From contig ONMN01000001.1 of assembly GCA_900318885.1 (NCBI GenBank), positions 93,068 through 157,067 of the forward strand: 64,000 bases of DNA. Direction: 5' to 3'. This document shows, one piece after another, positions 30,824-41,169 of this stretch. Each line of letters opens with the position of its first letter. Positions within the stretch are counted from its first letter, which is position 1. The translations under genes and the position numbers were made by a program. A model generated the notes under the pieces. That model saw nothing but the letters and a program-made list of their open reading frames with translations. It was not told where the DNA came from and made no database searches. The DNA comes from an uncultured Prevotellaceae bacterium. Lineage in GTDB: Bacteria; Bacteroidota; Bacteroidia; Bacteroidales; Bacteroidaceae.

Positions 30824-30941
30824 AAAGGTACGAATAAGTGAGCAAAAAGCCAAAAGTTTTTTGAGCTTTTTCGATTGCAACGCCACACTCTGCACCTTTA
30901 GGTCAGAGAACGGAAGTACCTTGACCGAGGGTCAAGGGTAC
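30824..30941 (-). mobile_element. Two-hairpin mini-element, copy B (with 35-bp internal insert); ends in the mutS promoter box
   Basis: Minus: gtaccctt-gacc-ctc-ggtc-aaggtac-ttccgttc-[insert]-gaaaaagctcaaaa..ttttggcttttt-gctcacttattc-gtaccttt; homologous to 43550..43630 and 31010..31092. Confidence 0.7.
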
Positions 30942-30979
30942 AAAAAAAAAGCGGAACCACCAAACGTTCCGCTCTTTTT
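30942..30979 (-). terminator. Intrinsic terminator of the 31075..33117 gene
   Basis: agcggaac/gttccgct stem flanked by A9 and a T-run. Confidence 0.8.
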
Positions 30980-31001
30980 ATTTTGAGTTCTTTTAATGAT
31001 T

Positions 31002-31092
31002 ACTTATTCACAAACTTGAGCTTTGCTCGAGTTTGTTCACGCTCGATAAAACTTGAACAAGTTCAGTTTTATTCTCACTTATTCACAAACTT
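31002..31092 (+). mobile_element. Two-hairpin mini-element, copy C, with exact 16-bp direct repeat at a gene 3' end
   Basis: acttattcacaaactt at 31002..31017 and 31077..31092; both copies encode KFVNK plus stop on minus. Confidence 0.75.
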
Positions 31093-33117
31093 TTTACCGT
31101 TCTTGATGACCAAGCCCTTGTAACCAGCATTCACCTTCTGGCCAGCTACGTTGTAGATAGCACCATTATCAGCCTTAACAACATTGATGGTGTTGACGCC
31201 ACTTGGATCGGGAACCTTCAGCTCAACCTTAGTCAGCGTGAAGCCTAGGCCCTGGAAGCGGAGACCGTTCTTCTGGAGATAATCCAAAGCCTCAGCGGTT
31301 GCAATCTTACCCTCGAAGTGAGTCTCGTCCTTAGCCAGTGTTGCCTGAATATCGGTAAAGTCAGACCAATCCTGATACTTGAAGATAGGATTATAATCTG
31401 CTGTAACGTCCTTTACTGAGCAATAGATGATATCACCAACCTCAGCAACCTCGAAGTACTTGGGATCAACAGTAGAAGAAACGCCCCATCCGTTATAGAC
31501 GATTTCACCTTCCCACATCTTCAGAGAACCACCAGCATCAGGACGAACAGGAACATCGCCACCAGCCTTCACAAACTCTGCAGTAGTACCGAACCAGATA
31601 CCTTCTACCTCAACAGAAGCAGCTGCACTACCACCCTGGATTGTAACCTGCTGAACGTGCTGTGCATAAACGTCGCCAATACCAACGCCACCAGTCTCAG
31701 CATTACCATGAATCATTACGCTCTTCTTATCAAGTTTGATTCCAACCATTCCTGTGCCGTCCATTGCAGTTGTAGTAGCAGCGAATACAGGACCCCATGA
31801 CTCATTCTTGGTCCATTCATCATAAGTGATGCCGAAATTAGGAGTTGCCGATGCATTCTTGAACTTAATCCATACATAGTCAAACTGGGTCATGTCTTTG
31901 CCAATGTAGATGGCACCGCCCTTCCAGCCTTCACCCATTGTAATCACATTGCCTTCGATGGTGCAATTGTCCCAAGGAGTGAACTTGCTGACAGGAACCT
32001 CATAAATAGTAGCACTTGGATCAATGCCAGGATCTTCACCAGCAACCTCTTCAATAGCGATGGGCAGGAACTGAACGTCATTGTTATAAACGCTGATTAC
32101 ACCAGTAATGTTATAAGTCTTGCCGTCTTCAGGAGCAGCAATCTCAAGATTAAACGTGTTATAGCCTTTAACCTCTACACCACCCTGTGAGATAGTGAAA
32201 TTCTTACCCTCAGGAGCAGTATAAGTTACACCCTTCAGAACAACAACCTGATTCATGTTTGCAGCCACAACATCCGTGATTGCTGCATCAGGATAGGTAA
32301 CCAGTACAGCTGAAGTACCTGCTGTAGGCAGGACGTCATCAGGAACAGCCTCGAACAGGTTCTTATAGATACTTACCTTACCAGTCCAATTAGCTGTAAT
32401 TCTCGAACCGATACCCAGATTTGCAAACTTTGTTTTACTGCTATCATAAATAAGGCTTGAACCAGTGTCATCCTTAATATAAGCGTAAGCTCCATTTAAA
32501 TAAACAACCAGTGCATCACTTGTGTAAGTAAATGCAGTACCATTCTCCAAAGCATTCAGTTCAGCAACAGTAGCCACATTTGTAGTTTTGGGCTGAGGAG
32601 TATCACCAGAGGTGCCCTTCTTCCAAATCAGAATCTTAGTAATCTGAGTGTTGTGATTACTCGTAACTTTCAATGTATAAATAGTACCAGCAGCCTGCTT
32701 ACCTTCTGCAATAGAATACTGATTTGTACCTGTTGCACCTGTTGTTTCAGAACTTACTGCCTCATCTCCAACAAAGATATTCTGCTTTGTATTAGCAGAA
32801 GCACCTTCACGACCAATAACGTCAATGCGCTCTACATCAAAACTAAAAGCAGGGAGACTCAAAGTTGCACCTTCCTTACCAAAAATCAGATAACCTGGAT
32901 TCTGCTTGTGACCAATACTTGCTTCACCAAAACTAATAGTATAACCACCATTAGTATAGGAAGCGGCAGTTGTCACATAAGAAGTAGGAAGACCCCAAGG
33001 ATTAGCTGAAAGATCTTGTTCAGCATAGGTAAAGTCAAGTGTCACTTCCTGGGCACTGATGTTTAAACCGACCATAGCCAATAAGGCTATAAACGAATAG
33101 CGTAAAATTTTGTTCAT
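31075..33117 (-). CDS. Secreted multidomain hypothetical protein with T9SS C-terminal domain
   Basis: Signal peptide; C-terminal IYNVAGQKV...KGLVIKNGKKFVNK. Confidence 0.8.
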   Translation of the reverse strand: MNKILRYSFIALLAMVGLNISAQEVTLDFTYAEQDLSANPWGLPTSYVTTAASYTNGGYTISFGEASIGHKQNPGYLIFGKEGATLSLPAFSFDVERIDVIGREGASANTKQNIFVGDEAVSSETTGATGTNQYSIAEGKQAAGTIYTLKVTSNHNTQITKILIWKKGTSGDTPQPKTTNVATVAELNALENGTAFTYTSDALVVYLNGAYAYIKDDTGSSLIYDSSKTKFANLGIGSRITANWTGKVSIYKNLFEAVPDDVLPTAGTSAVLVTYPDAAITDVVAANMNQVVVLKGVTYTAPEGKNFTISQGGVEVKGYNTFNLEIAAPEDGKTYNITGVISVYNNDVQFLPIAIEEVAGEDPGIDPSATIYEVPVSKFTPWDNCTIEGNVITMGEGWKGGAIYIGKDMTQFDYVWIKFKNASATPNFGITYDEWTKNESWGPVFAATTTAMDGTGMVGIKLDKKSVMIHGNAETGGVGIGDVYAQHVQQVTIQGGSAAASVEVEGIWFGTTAEFVKAGGDVPVRPDAGGSLKMWEGEIVYNGWGVSSTVDPKYFEVAEVGDIIYCSVKDVTADYNPIFKYQDWSDFTDIQATLAKDETHFEGKIATAEALDYLQKNGLRFQGLGFTLTKVELKVPDPSGVNTINVVKADNGAIYNVAGQKVNAGYKGLVIKNGKKFVNK

Positions 33118-33324
33118 AAGCGTTTTTATTTAAAAAGTTAATAATACGTTGTTTCTTTGTTTTGTGGCGCAAAGATAAGAAAAAAAAGGAAAACAGCAAT
33201 AGAAATGATGAATTATTTTTTAAGTGTATGCATTACATTTGTCAATAAAACTTGCTGAAATTTAACACTTCCTTGCGAGAGCTTCTAGAAACGAAAGAGG
33301 GAAGAAAAGGAAGAAAAGTTGGTT

Positions 33325-33490
33325 GTTTCCGGCTCATTTTTCGCTTACTTCTGGCTCGCTCGGGGTTTGCTACCGGTAAACTGGCAGTTTGCTACCGGAT
33401 AACCAGCGGTTTACTACGGGTAAACCAGCCTTCAGCAGGGAGCAAAACGCCGTTCATCAGGGAAGGAGATGGGGCTTTTCAGGGCGCCTG
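33325..33490. repeat. Degenerate 22-bp phased satellite
   Basis: Cores at 33325, 33347, 33369, 33391, 33413 (gctaccggt-like), then 33431, 33453, 33475. Confidence 0.7.
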
Positions 33491-33713
33491 AAAAGAGCTT
33501 TTTTTGTAAGCCGCTGAATAACAAGTAGTTAGGAAATGAGCCATATTTCAGCCATACGACCGAATAGGAGTTGGCGGATTTCACGCGATTCTCACGAGTT
33601 GGTTTGTAAAGTTATTTCTTTTTTGTTAATAAGATTATTGGCTAACTTTTTGTGTGTTTCAAAAAAAATGCTTAACTTTGCAGTCAAAGAACAAACTTAA
33701 AACAACAAAGCTT

Positions 33714-34727
33714 ATGAAACGGTATCGACCATTCATGATGATTGCAGCACTTTTGGTGCTTTCGACAACCCTTGCTTTTGCTCAAGGGCCCAACGATTCT
33801 GGTGAATACTACAAGCCCGCAGACGGCAAGAAAGGAGCCGCATTGAAAACAGCCCTGTGTGGGGTTATTTATGATCGCAATGAGGGAGGCGACCTCAATA
33901 CTGCCTACAAAGCGTTGTGGACTCACTTCAAGACGACGGATGCGAAGCCGAATGGAAAGGTTTGGGATATGTATTCCAATAAGCGCGAAATGGAGTTTGG
34001 TACTGATCAGGCAGGAAATTACAGCAAAGAAGGCGATGTGTATAATCGTGAACACTCCATGCCTAACAGTTGGTTTGGTGGTAAGGTGATGCCCATGTAC
34101 ACTGATCTCCACCACCTCTACCCTACCGATGGTTATGTCAACAACAAACGCGCTAACTATCCTTTTGGCGAGACAGCAAATCCGAGTTGGAAGTCGGCCA
34201 ACGACTTCAGTAAGTTAGGCAAATGTACCTATCCCGGTTATGATGGCGTCGTCTTTGAGCCCAACGACGAATACAAAGGTGATTTTGCCCGTACTTATTT
34301 CTACATGGTGACTTGCTACGAAGAGAAGTTGCCTGATTGGTATTCGAACTATTCTGAGTCGAAACCAACTCTTGACGGCAATACCTACCCTGGTCTTAGC
34401 CCGTGGCAACTGGAAATGTTGATGAAATGGGCGAAGAACGACCCTGTGAGCGAGAAGGAAATCAACAGAAACAATGCTGTTTGGGGCATTCAGAACAATC
34501 GCAATCCGTTTATCGACTATCCTGGCCTTGAGGAGTACATTTGGGGCGACAAGAAGGATGAGGCTTTCAGTTACGACAACTACTCGTCGGGCATTCAGAA
34601 CATAGAGGGAAAAGATGAGATTGAGGGCTATTATTCTGTTGACGGAAAACGCCTTCAGAAGCCTCAACGAGGGGTGAATATCGTGAAAACTAAGAGCAGA
34701 AGGACGAAAAAGATAATTAATAGGTAA
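33714..34727 (+). CDS. Secreted endonuclease I family (His-Me finger) nuclease with T9SS CTD
   Basis: NREHSMPNSWF, DLHHLYPTDGYVNNKR, KGDFARTYFYM, QNNRNPFID; CTD YSVDGKRL. Confidence 0.88.
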   Translation: MKRYRPFMMIAALLVLSTTLAFAQGPNDSGEYYKPADGKKGAALKTALCGVIYDRNEGGDLNTAYKALWTHFKTTDAKPNGKVWDMYSNKREMEFGTDQAGNYSKEGDVYNREHSMPNSWFGGKVMPMYTDLHHLYPTDGYVNNKRANYPFGETANPSWKSANDFSKLGKCTYPGYDGVVFEPNDEYKGDFARTYFYMVTCYEEKLPDWYSNYSESKPTLDGNTYPGLSPWQLEMLMKWAKNDPVSEKEINRNNAVWGIQNNRNPFIDYPGLEEYIWGDKKDEAFSYDNYSSGIQNIEGKDEIEGYYSVDGKRLQKPQRGVNIVKTKSRRTKKIINR

Positions 34728-34763
34728 TTTATTTGGATTTTTGCTCACTTAATCGTAACTTTG
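34726..34763 (+). promoter_or_regulatory. Partial mini-element copy D forming the leuS promoter
   Basis: atttggatttttgctcacttaatcg-TAACTTTG matches the 3' half of copies A and B. Confidence 0.65.
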
Positions 34764-34794
34764 CAGGCAATTTGAAAAAACAAGACAAGAAGAT

Positions 34795-37644
34795 ATGGAA
34801 TACAACTTTAGAGACATTGAACAAAAATGGCAGAAGCGATGGGTGGAAAATGGCACTTATCGCGTAGTGGAGGACGAAAAGAAGAAGAAATTCTATGTGC
34901 TGAACATGTTCCCCTACCCTAGCGGTGCGGGACTTCACGTGGGCCATCCGCTTGGATATATTGCCAGCGACATTTATGCCCGCTACAAGCGTCAGCAGGG
35001 CTTTAACGTGTTGAACCCCATGGGTTACGACGCTTACGGACTGCCTGCAGAGCAGTATGCCATTCAGACAGGTCAGCATCCTGAGAAGACGACGTTTGAA
35101 AATATCAACCGCTATCGTTCACAATTGGATAAGATTGGCTTCTGCTTCGACTGGGAGCGCGAGGTCCGCACCTGCGACCCCATCTACTATAAGTGGACGC
35201 AGTGGGCTTTCCAGCGCATGTTCAAGTCATATTTTAGCCTGTCGTCGCACAAGGCTCAGCCAACGATTAAGCTGATTGAGCACTTCGAACTGATGGGTAC
35301 TGAGAACTGCAACGCCCTGGGTACTGAAGAGTTGCATTTTACGGCTTCAGACTGGGCCGGCTTCTCTGAGAAGAAGAAGCAGGAGGTGCTGATGAACTAT
35401 CGTATTGCCTATCTGGCTGATACGATGGTGAACTGGTGTCCGAAGTTGGGTACCGTGCTTGCCAACGACGAAGTGGTGGACGGCGTCAGCGTTCGTGGTG
35501 GTTATCCGGTGGTGCAGAAGAAGATGCGTCAGTGGTGTCTGCGTGTCTCAGCTTACGCTCAGAGACTGTTGGATGGTCTTGAGGAAATCGATTGGACAGA
35601 CTCCCTGAAGGAAACCCAGCGCAACTGGATTGGTCGCTCAGAGGGTACAGAGGTGGAATTCAACGTAGCTGACAGCGACAAGCACTTCACTATCTTTACC
35701 ACTCGTGCCGATACGATGTTTGGTGTGACGTTTATGGTGCTGGCGCCTGAGAGTGATCTCGTAGCTGAACTGACTACGCCTGAGCAGAAGGCAGAAGTAG
35801 ATAAGTATCTGGACTATGTGAAGAAGCGTACAGAGCGTGATCGTCAGATGGATCACAAGGTAACTGGTGTATTCTCAGGTAGTTACGCCATCAATCCGTT
35901 TACGGACGAGAAGATTCCCATCTGGATTGCAGAATATGTGTTGGCTGGTTATGGTACTGGTGCCATTATGGCTGTTCCTGCTCACGACTCTCGTGACTAT
36001 GCCTTCGCCAAGCATTTCAATTTGCCCATCATTCCTCTGATTGAGGGAGCTGATGTCTCTGAGGAGAGCTATGACGCCAAAGAAGGTATCATGTGTAACT
36101 CAGCAAGCGCCAAGTTCAGCCTCAACGGTTTAACCGTTAAGGAGGCTATTGCGGCTACAAAGAAATTCGTGACTGAGCAAGGATTGGGTAGGGTAAAGGT
36201 GAACTATCGTCTTCGCGATGCCATCTTCTCTCGTCAGCGCTATTGGGGCGAGCCGTTCCCTGTTTACTACAAGGACGATATGCCCTATATGATTCCAAAG
36301 GAATGTCTGCCTTTGGAGTTGCCTGAAATCGATGAGTACAAGCCCACAGAAACGGGTGAGCCCCCATTGGGTCGTGCCAAGATGTGGGCTTGGGATACGA
36401 AGACGGATAGTGTGGTCGATAAGTCGCTTATCGACAATAAGTCTGTCTTCCCATTGGAGCTGAACACAATGCCTGGCTTTGCTGGCAGTTCGGCTTACTA
36501 TCTGCGTTATATGGACCCCAAGAACGAGAAGGCCTTGGTAAGTCGTGATGCTGACGAGTATTGGCGCAATGTAGATCTCTACGTAGGCGGTACTGAGCAC
36601 GCAACAGGTCACTTGATTTACTCTCGTTTCTGGAACAAGTTCCTATATGATTCTGGTTATTCTTGCGAGGACGAGCCCTTCAAGAAGCTCGTCAATCAGG
36701 GTATGATTCAGGGTCGCTCGAACTTCGTCTATCGTATTGAGGATGAGGGTGCCGACAAGGGTAAGTTCGTTAGCTTCGGATTGAAGGACAAATACACCAC
36801 AACGCCTATCCACGTAGATGTAAACATCGTCAGTGCTGATGTTTTGGACATTGATGCCTTCAAGGCTTGGCGTCCTGAATACGAGAATGCCGAATTTATC
36901 CTGGAAAATGGCAAATACGTTTGTGGCTGGGCTATCGAAAAGATGTCGAAGTCGATGTTCAACGTCGTCAATCCGGATATGATTGTCGAGAAGTATGGTG
37001 CCGACACCCTGCGTCTTTACGAGATGTTTCTGGGTCCTGTTGAGCAAAGCAAACCTTGGGATACGAATGGTATTGATGGTTGTCACCGCTTCCTGAAGAA
37101 GTTCTGGGCACTGTTCTATGGCAACACGCGTGAGAATCCTGATAGTAAGCTCTTGGTTGACGACAGTGAGCCCACAAAGGAGGCGCTGAAGAGCGTTCAT
37201 AAGCTCATCAAGAAGGTGTCGCAGGATATTGAGGTATTCTCGTACAATACCTCTATCTCCGCCTTCATGATCTGCGTCAACGAGTTGGCTCAGCAGAAGT
37301 GCAAGAGCAAGGAAGCGCTGAAGACATTGGTGATCCTGATTGCTCCATTTGCACCACATATTGCTGAAGAATTGTGGGAAGCATTGGGCGAGCAGGGTAG
37401 TGTCTGCGACTCCAAGTGGCCTGCCTGGAATGAGGAATATCTCGTGGAGAACAGTGTCAAGCTGGGTGTTGCCTTCAATGGTAAGACTCGCTTCGATATG
37501 GAGTTTGCTGCTGATGCTGACAACGATACCATTCAGAAAGCTGTTCTTGCCGACGAGCGTGCCGCAAAATATATTGACGGTAAGCCCATCGTGAAGGTCA
37601 TCATCGTACCAAAGCGTATGGTAAATATCGTATTAGGAAAGTAA
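34795..37644 (+). CDS. leuS: Leucine--tRNA ligase
   Basis: [14 protein letters not shown], editing-domain FTTRADT and [17 protein letters not shown]. Confidence 0.98.
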   Translation: MEYNFRDIEQKWQKRWVENGTYRVVEDEKKKKFYVLNMFPYPSGAGLHVGHPLGYIASDIYARYKRQQGFNVLNPMGYDAYGLPAEQYAIQTGQHPEKTTFENINRYRSQLDKIGFCFDWEREVRTCDPIYYKWTQWAFQRMFKSYFSLSSHKAQPTIKLIEHFELMGTENCNALGTEELHFTASDWAGFSEKKKQEVLMNYRIAYLADTMVNWCPKLGTVLANDEVVDGVSVRGGYPVVQKKMRQWCLRVSAYAQRLLDGLEEIDWTDSLKETQRNWIGRSEGTEVEFNVADSDKHFTIFTTRADTMFGVTFMVLAPESDLVAELTTPEQKAEVDKYLDYVKKRTERDRQMDHKVTGVFSGSYAINPFTDEKIPIWIAEYVLAGYGTGAIMAVPAHDSRDYAFAKHFNLPIIPLIEGADVSEESYDAKEGIMCNSASAKFSLNGLTVKEAIAATKKFVTEQGLGRVKVNYRLRDAIFSRQRYWGEPFPVYYKDDMPYMIPKECLPLELPEIDEYKPTETGEPPLGRAKMWAWDTKTDSVVDKSLIDNKSVFPLELNTMPGFAGSSAYYLRYMDPKNEKALVSRDADEYWRNVDLYVGGTEHATGHLIYSRFWNKFLYDSGYSCEDEPFKKLVNQGMIQGRSNFVYRIEDEGADKGKFVSFGLKDKYTTTPIHVDVNIVSADVLDIDAFKAWRPEYENAEFILENGKYVCGWAIEKMSKSMFNVVNPDMIVEKYGADTLRLYEMFLGPVEQSKPWDTNGIDGCHRFLKKFWALFYGNTRENPDSKLLVDDSEPTKEALKSVHKLIKKVSQDIEVFSYNTSISAFMICVNELAQQKCKSKEALKTLVILIAPFAPHIAEELWEALGEQGSVCDSKWPAWNEEYLVENSVKLGVAFNGKTRFDMEFAADADNDTIQKAVLADERAAKYIDGKPIVKVIIVPKRMVNIVLGK

Positions 37645-37645
37645 T

Positions 37646-38605
37646 ATGACCATTCAGCACAAAATGATATTGAGTGAAGCCAAGGACTATTTGTTTATAG
37701 CCCTTGGCCTCTTCATCTATACCATCGCCTTTACCGTTTTCCTGATGCCTTATCAGATTGTGGCAGGTGGTGTGACGGGTCTCTCGGCTATCATCTACTA
37801 CGCCACAGGATTCCATTTGGAGAATACCTATATCATCATTAACGGTATTTTACTTGTGGTGGCCCTAAAGATTTTGGGTGTGAAGTTTCTGATGAAAACC
37901 ATCTTCGCCATCTTTACACTCTATTTTATGCTGATGATAGCGCAGGACCTGATACCTAAGCAGGAGAACGGTCTGCCATTTAAACTGATGGGCGAGGGAC
38001 AGGATTTTATGTCGATGATTATTGGCTGTGTGCTGACAGGTGTTGCTCTGGCCCTTGTATTTATGAACAATGGTTCGACAGGTGGTACTGATGTCATTGC
38101 CGCTTCTGTCAATAAGTTCCACCCAAACGTGTCGTTGGGCAATGTGCTGATAGCTGCTGATTTCTGTATCATTGGTTCGTGTATGTTCTTCCCACAGTTT
38201 GGTACCTATCTCGAGCGAGCCCATAAGGTGATGTTCGGCTTTTGTGTGATGGCAATGGAGAACTATACGTTAGACTATGTCATGAATGCCCGTCGACAAT
38301 CTGTGCAATTTATGATTTTCAGTCAGAAATGGCAGGAGATAGCCAACGCCATTGGTACAGAGATGAATCATGGTGTAACCATTCTCGACGGACACGGCTG
38401 GTATACTGGCAAGAAGAGTAAGGTGCTTTGTATTCTGGCTAAGAAAAACGAAAGCGTCTATATGTTCCGTCTCATCAAGATGATTGACCCTAACGCCTTT
38501 GTATCACAAAGTGCTGTCATTGGTGTCTATGGTGAAGGTTTCGACGAGATGAGAGTGAAGATCAAGGAAGAAAAAAAGAAGTTAGAGGAAGATCAAGAGA
38601 GTTAG
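37646..38605 (+). CDS. YitT family membrane protein (DUF2179 C-terminus)
   Basis: [33 protein letters not shown]. Confidence 0.88.
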   Translation: MTIQHKMILSEAKDYLFIALGLFIYTIAFTVFLMPYQIVAGGVTGLSAIIYYATGFHLENTYIIINGILLVVALKILGVKFLMKTIFAIFTLYFMLMIAQDLIPKQENGLPFKLMGEGQDFMSMIIGCVLTGVALALVFMNNGSTGGTDVIAASVNKFHPNVSLGNVLIAADFCIIGSCMFFPQFGTYLERAHKVMFGFCVMAMENYTLDYVMNARRQSVQFMIFSQKWQEIANAIGTEMNHGVTILDGHGWYTGKKSKVLCILAKKNESVYMFRLIKMIDPNAFVSQSAVIGVYGEGFDEMRVKIKEEKKKLEEDQES

Positions 38606-38619
38606 AAGAATATAGAAAC

Positions 38620-39261
38620 ATGAAAATAGTTTTTGCAACAAATAACGAGCACAAACTCTCTGAAATTCGTGCTATTCTTGGATCTTCGTTCGAGGTGGTT
38701 TCCTTGGCTGATATTGGTTGTCACGAGGATATTCCAGAGACAGGTACTACTCTTGAGGAAAATGCCCTCATGAAGGCTGAATACATCTACAATAAATACC
38801 ATCTTTCGTGCTTTGCGGATGATACTGGTCTTGAGGTGGAAGCACTTGATGGCGCTCCTGGCGTCTATTCAGCCCGCTATGCTTCTTTGGAGTCTGTTGC
38901 GAGTGATTCGCAACAAACACTCAGCCACGACTCAGAGGCCAATATGGCTCGATTATTGCGCGAGTTAGCAAATAATAACAATCGTAAGGCAAGATTTCGT
39001 ACTGTTATTGCGTTAATAGAGAAGAAGGACGTCTGTCCCTGTGGTTGTACCAGCATCAAACTGGTTCATAAGTTCGAGGGTATCGTCAATGGCGAGATTA
39101 CACGAGAGAAGAGTGGGGCAGAGGGGTTTGGCTATGACCCCATTTTCCGTCCTGATGGCTACGATAAGACGTTTGCTGAGTTGGGGGCTGACATCAAGAA
39201 CCAGATCAGCCATCGTGCTCGAGCCACCCAAAAGTTGGCAGAATACTTAAAGACGCTGTAA
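38620..39261 (+). CDS. rdgB: Non-canonical purine NTP pyrophosphatase (Ham1/RdgB)
   Basis: [40 protein letters not shown]. Confidence 0.93.
   Translation: MKIVFATNNEHKLSEIRAILGSSFEVVSLADIGCHEDIPETGTTLEENALMKAEYIYNKYHLSCFADDTGLEVEALDGAPGVYSARYASLESVASDSQQTLSHDSEANMARLLRELANNNNRKARFRTVIALIEKKDVCPCGCTSIKLVHKFEGIVNGEITREKSGAEGFGYDPIFRPDGYDKTFAELGADIKNQISHRARATQKLAEYLKTL
38895..38915. repeat. 21-bp palindrome copy in frame inside rdgB
   Basis: tgttgcgagt-g-attcgcaaca. Confidence 0.75.
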
Positions 39262-39264
39262 AAT

Positions 39265-41163
39265 ATGAAGAAAATAATCATTGTCCTGTTTTTCTTAATT
39301 GTCAATTGTCAATTGTCAATTTGTCAAATCGGTACCTGGCGTAATTATCTGGCATATCATGATATCCAGGAGATTCAATCAGCAGGTGATGATATCTTCG
39401 TATTGGCGTCTAATGGCCTCTATCAATACAACAAAAACGACCAGTCTATTGTCACTTATGACAGGGTGAATGGTCTCAGTGATACCTATATTACCCATAT
39501 CCGTTGGTGTTCTAAAGCTAAGCGCCTGGTGGCTGTCTATCAAAACTCGAATATTGACCTTGTTGAACCAAACGGTAACATTATCAATATCAGTGACCTA
39601 TACACCAAGGTAATGACTGGCGATAAGACGGTCACAAGTATTCGTATTGATGGTGTTTACGCTTATTTAATCTGTGGTTTTGGTATCGTGAAAGTCAACG
39701 TCCAGCGTGCTGAGATTGCTGAAAGCTATACACCAAACAATCCAGAATATCCTACTTCATTGCCTGCCGAAGACAACAGCGACTACGAGAAATATATAGA
39801 AATTGTCAGTAAACTACAGCCTGACGGGCCTAAGCATAATACTTTTGGTTTTATGCGTTTTCTAAATGGTAATCTTTATTCTTGTGGAGGCAGTTTTTAC
39901 GCTCCTGGTACTGTACAAATTTGGAACGGTAACAACTGGAACATCTATCAAGACTATGATATCAGTAATCAAACAGGAGTATCATTTGAAGGAGCCATTT
40001 GTCTGGATGTCCAACAAACCCCTCAAGGTGATAATGTTTTTGTAGGTGCACGTAATGGACTCTACGAATACGTAAATGGTAAGTTTGTTAAATACTATGA
40101 CTATAAAAACAGTCCTATAGAACGTTTTGACGGTAAATCATCTGAATACCAATTGGTGACAAGCGTTAAATTTGATGGCAATAACAATTTATGGTTACTG
40201 AATAGTCAGGCTCCTACAGCTTCATTGATAAGACTAAAAGATGGACAATTCAATAAGTTCAATCACCAGGAATGGATGAAACTCAATGATGGTGGATTTA
40301 ATAAAAAGAGTAATGGTAATTTATGCCAAATACTTATTGATAGTCGCGGACTGATGTGGTTTGTCAATGACAACTGGATGAAACCTGCCTATTATCGTTA
40401 TGATATAGACATTGATAAAGCCTATGCCTACGAGAATTTTGTCAATCAGGATGGTTCTGTCATTCAGAATGTCTATGGTGTAAAGTGTGTTACGGAAGAC
40501 TTAGAAAACAATTTATGGATAGGTACCGATCAAGGGCCTTTTATGATAGAAAAAGCCAGTATTTTAAATGGAGAAGCGCCACTTATTCAGGTAAAAGTAC
40601 CTCGTAACGATGGTACCAATTTTGCTGACTACCTTTTGTCTGGCATAAATATTACAAATATTGCTATTGATGGCGGTGGACGTAAGTGGTTTGCCACCAA
40701 TGGCAATGGTGTTTATTTGATTAGTGCTGATAATATGACCCAATTGCAGCATTTTACTACTGAAAATAGTAAACTGCTTTCAAATAGTGTTATGTCTATT
40801 GCTATTAACCAGACTACGGGTGAAGTTTTCTTTGGTACAGACAAGGGCTTGTGTTCATATATCAGTGATGCTACTGAAACAAATACAGAAATGACATCAG
40901 ATAACGTTTGGGCTTATCCTAATCCTGTAGAGCCTAGCTATACTGGTCCTATCACTATTACTGGTCTCACGCTGAATGCCGACATAAAGATTCTCTCTGC
41001 TAATGGTGCTGTTGTCAACGAAGGACGCAGTAATGGTGGTACATATATCTGGGACGGATGTGACAAGAAGGGTAGGAGAGTGGCCTCTGGTGTCTATATG
41101 GTTGCTACCGCAACGAATAAAGGAGAGAAAGGCACTGTCTGCAAGATAGCTATCGTCAGATAA
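39265..41163 (+). CDS. PorZ-like T9SS beta-propeller protein
   Basis: IGTWRNYLAY, propeller repeats (IAIDGGGRKWFAT), CTD AYPNPV...WDGCD..GRRVASGVY. Confidence 0.78.
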   Translation: MKKIIIVLFFLIVNCQLSICQIGTWRNYLAYHDIQEIQSAGDDIFVLASNGLYQYNKNDQSIVTYDRVNGLSDTYITHIRWCSKAKRLVAVYQNSNIDLVEPNGNIINISDLYTKVMTGDKTVTSIRIDGVYAYLICGFGIVKVNVQRAEIAESYTPNNPEYPTSLPAEDNSDYEKYIEIVSKLQPDGPKHNTFGFMRFLNGNLYSCGGSFYAPGTVQIWNGNNWNIYQDYDISNQTGVSFEGAICLDVQQTPQGDNVFVGARNGLYEYVNGKFVKYYDYKNSPIERFDGKSSEYQLVTSVKFDGNNNLWLLNSQAPTASLIRLKDGQFNKFNHQEWMKLNDGGFNKKSNGNLCQILIDSRGLMWFVNDNWMKPAYYRYDIDIDKAYAYENFVNQDGSVIQNVYGVKCVTEDLENNLWIGTDQGPFMIEKASILNGEAPLIQVKVPRNDGTNFADYLLSGINITNIAIDGGGRKWFATNGNGVYLISADNMTQLQHFTTENSKLLSNSVMSIAINQTTGEVFFGTDKGLCSYISDATETNTEMTSDNVWAYPNPVEPSYTGPITITGLTLNADIKILSANGAVVNEGRSNGGTYIWDGCDKKGRRVASGVYMVATATNKGEKGTVCKIAIVR

Positions 41164-41169
41164 AGTTTT

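Noticed and set aside
30803-30895. N-terminal extension of MutS (and of the SpoU ORF, 43556..43639) ending SLIRTFAN
   Set aside because: Both are translations of the mini-element upstream of the true ATG.
31004-31012. TTATTCACA DnaA-box match in the element C repeats
   Set aside because: Explained by the VNK codons of the gene end; isolated from the box cluster.
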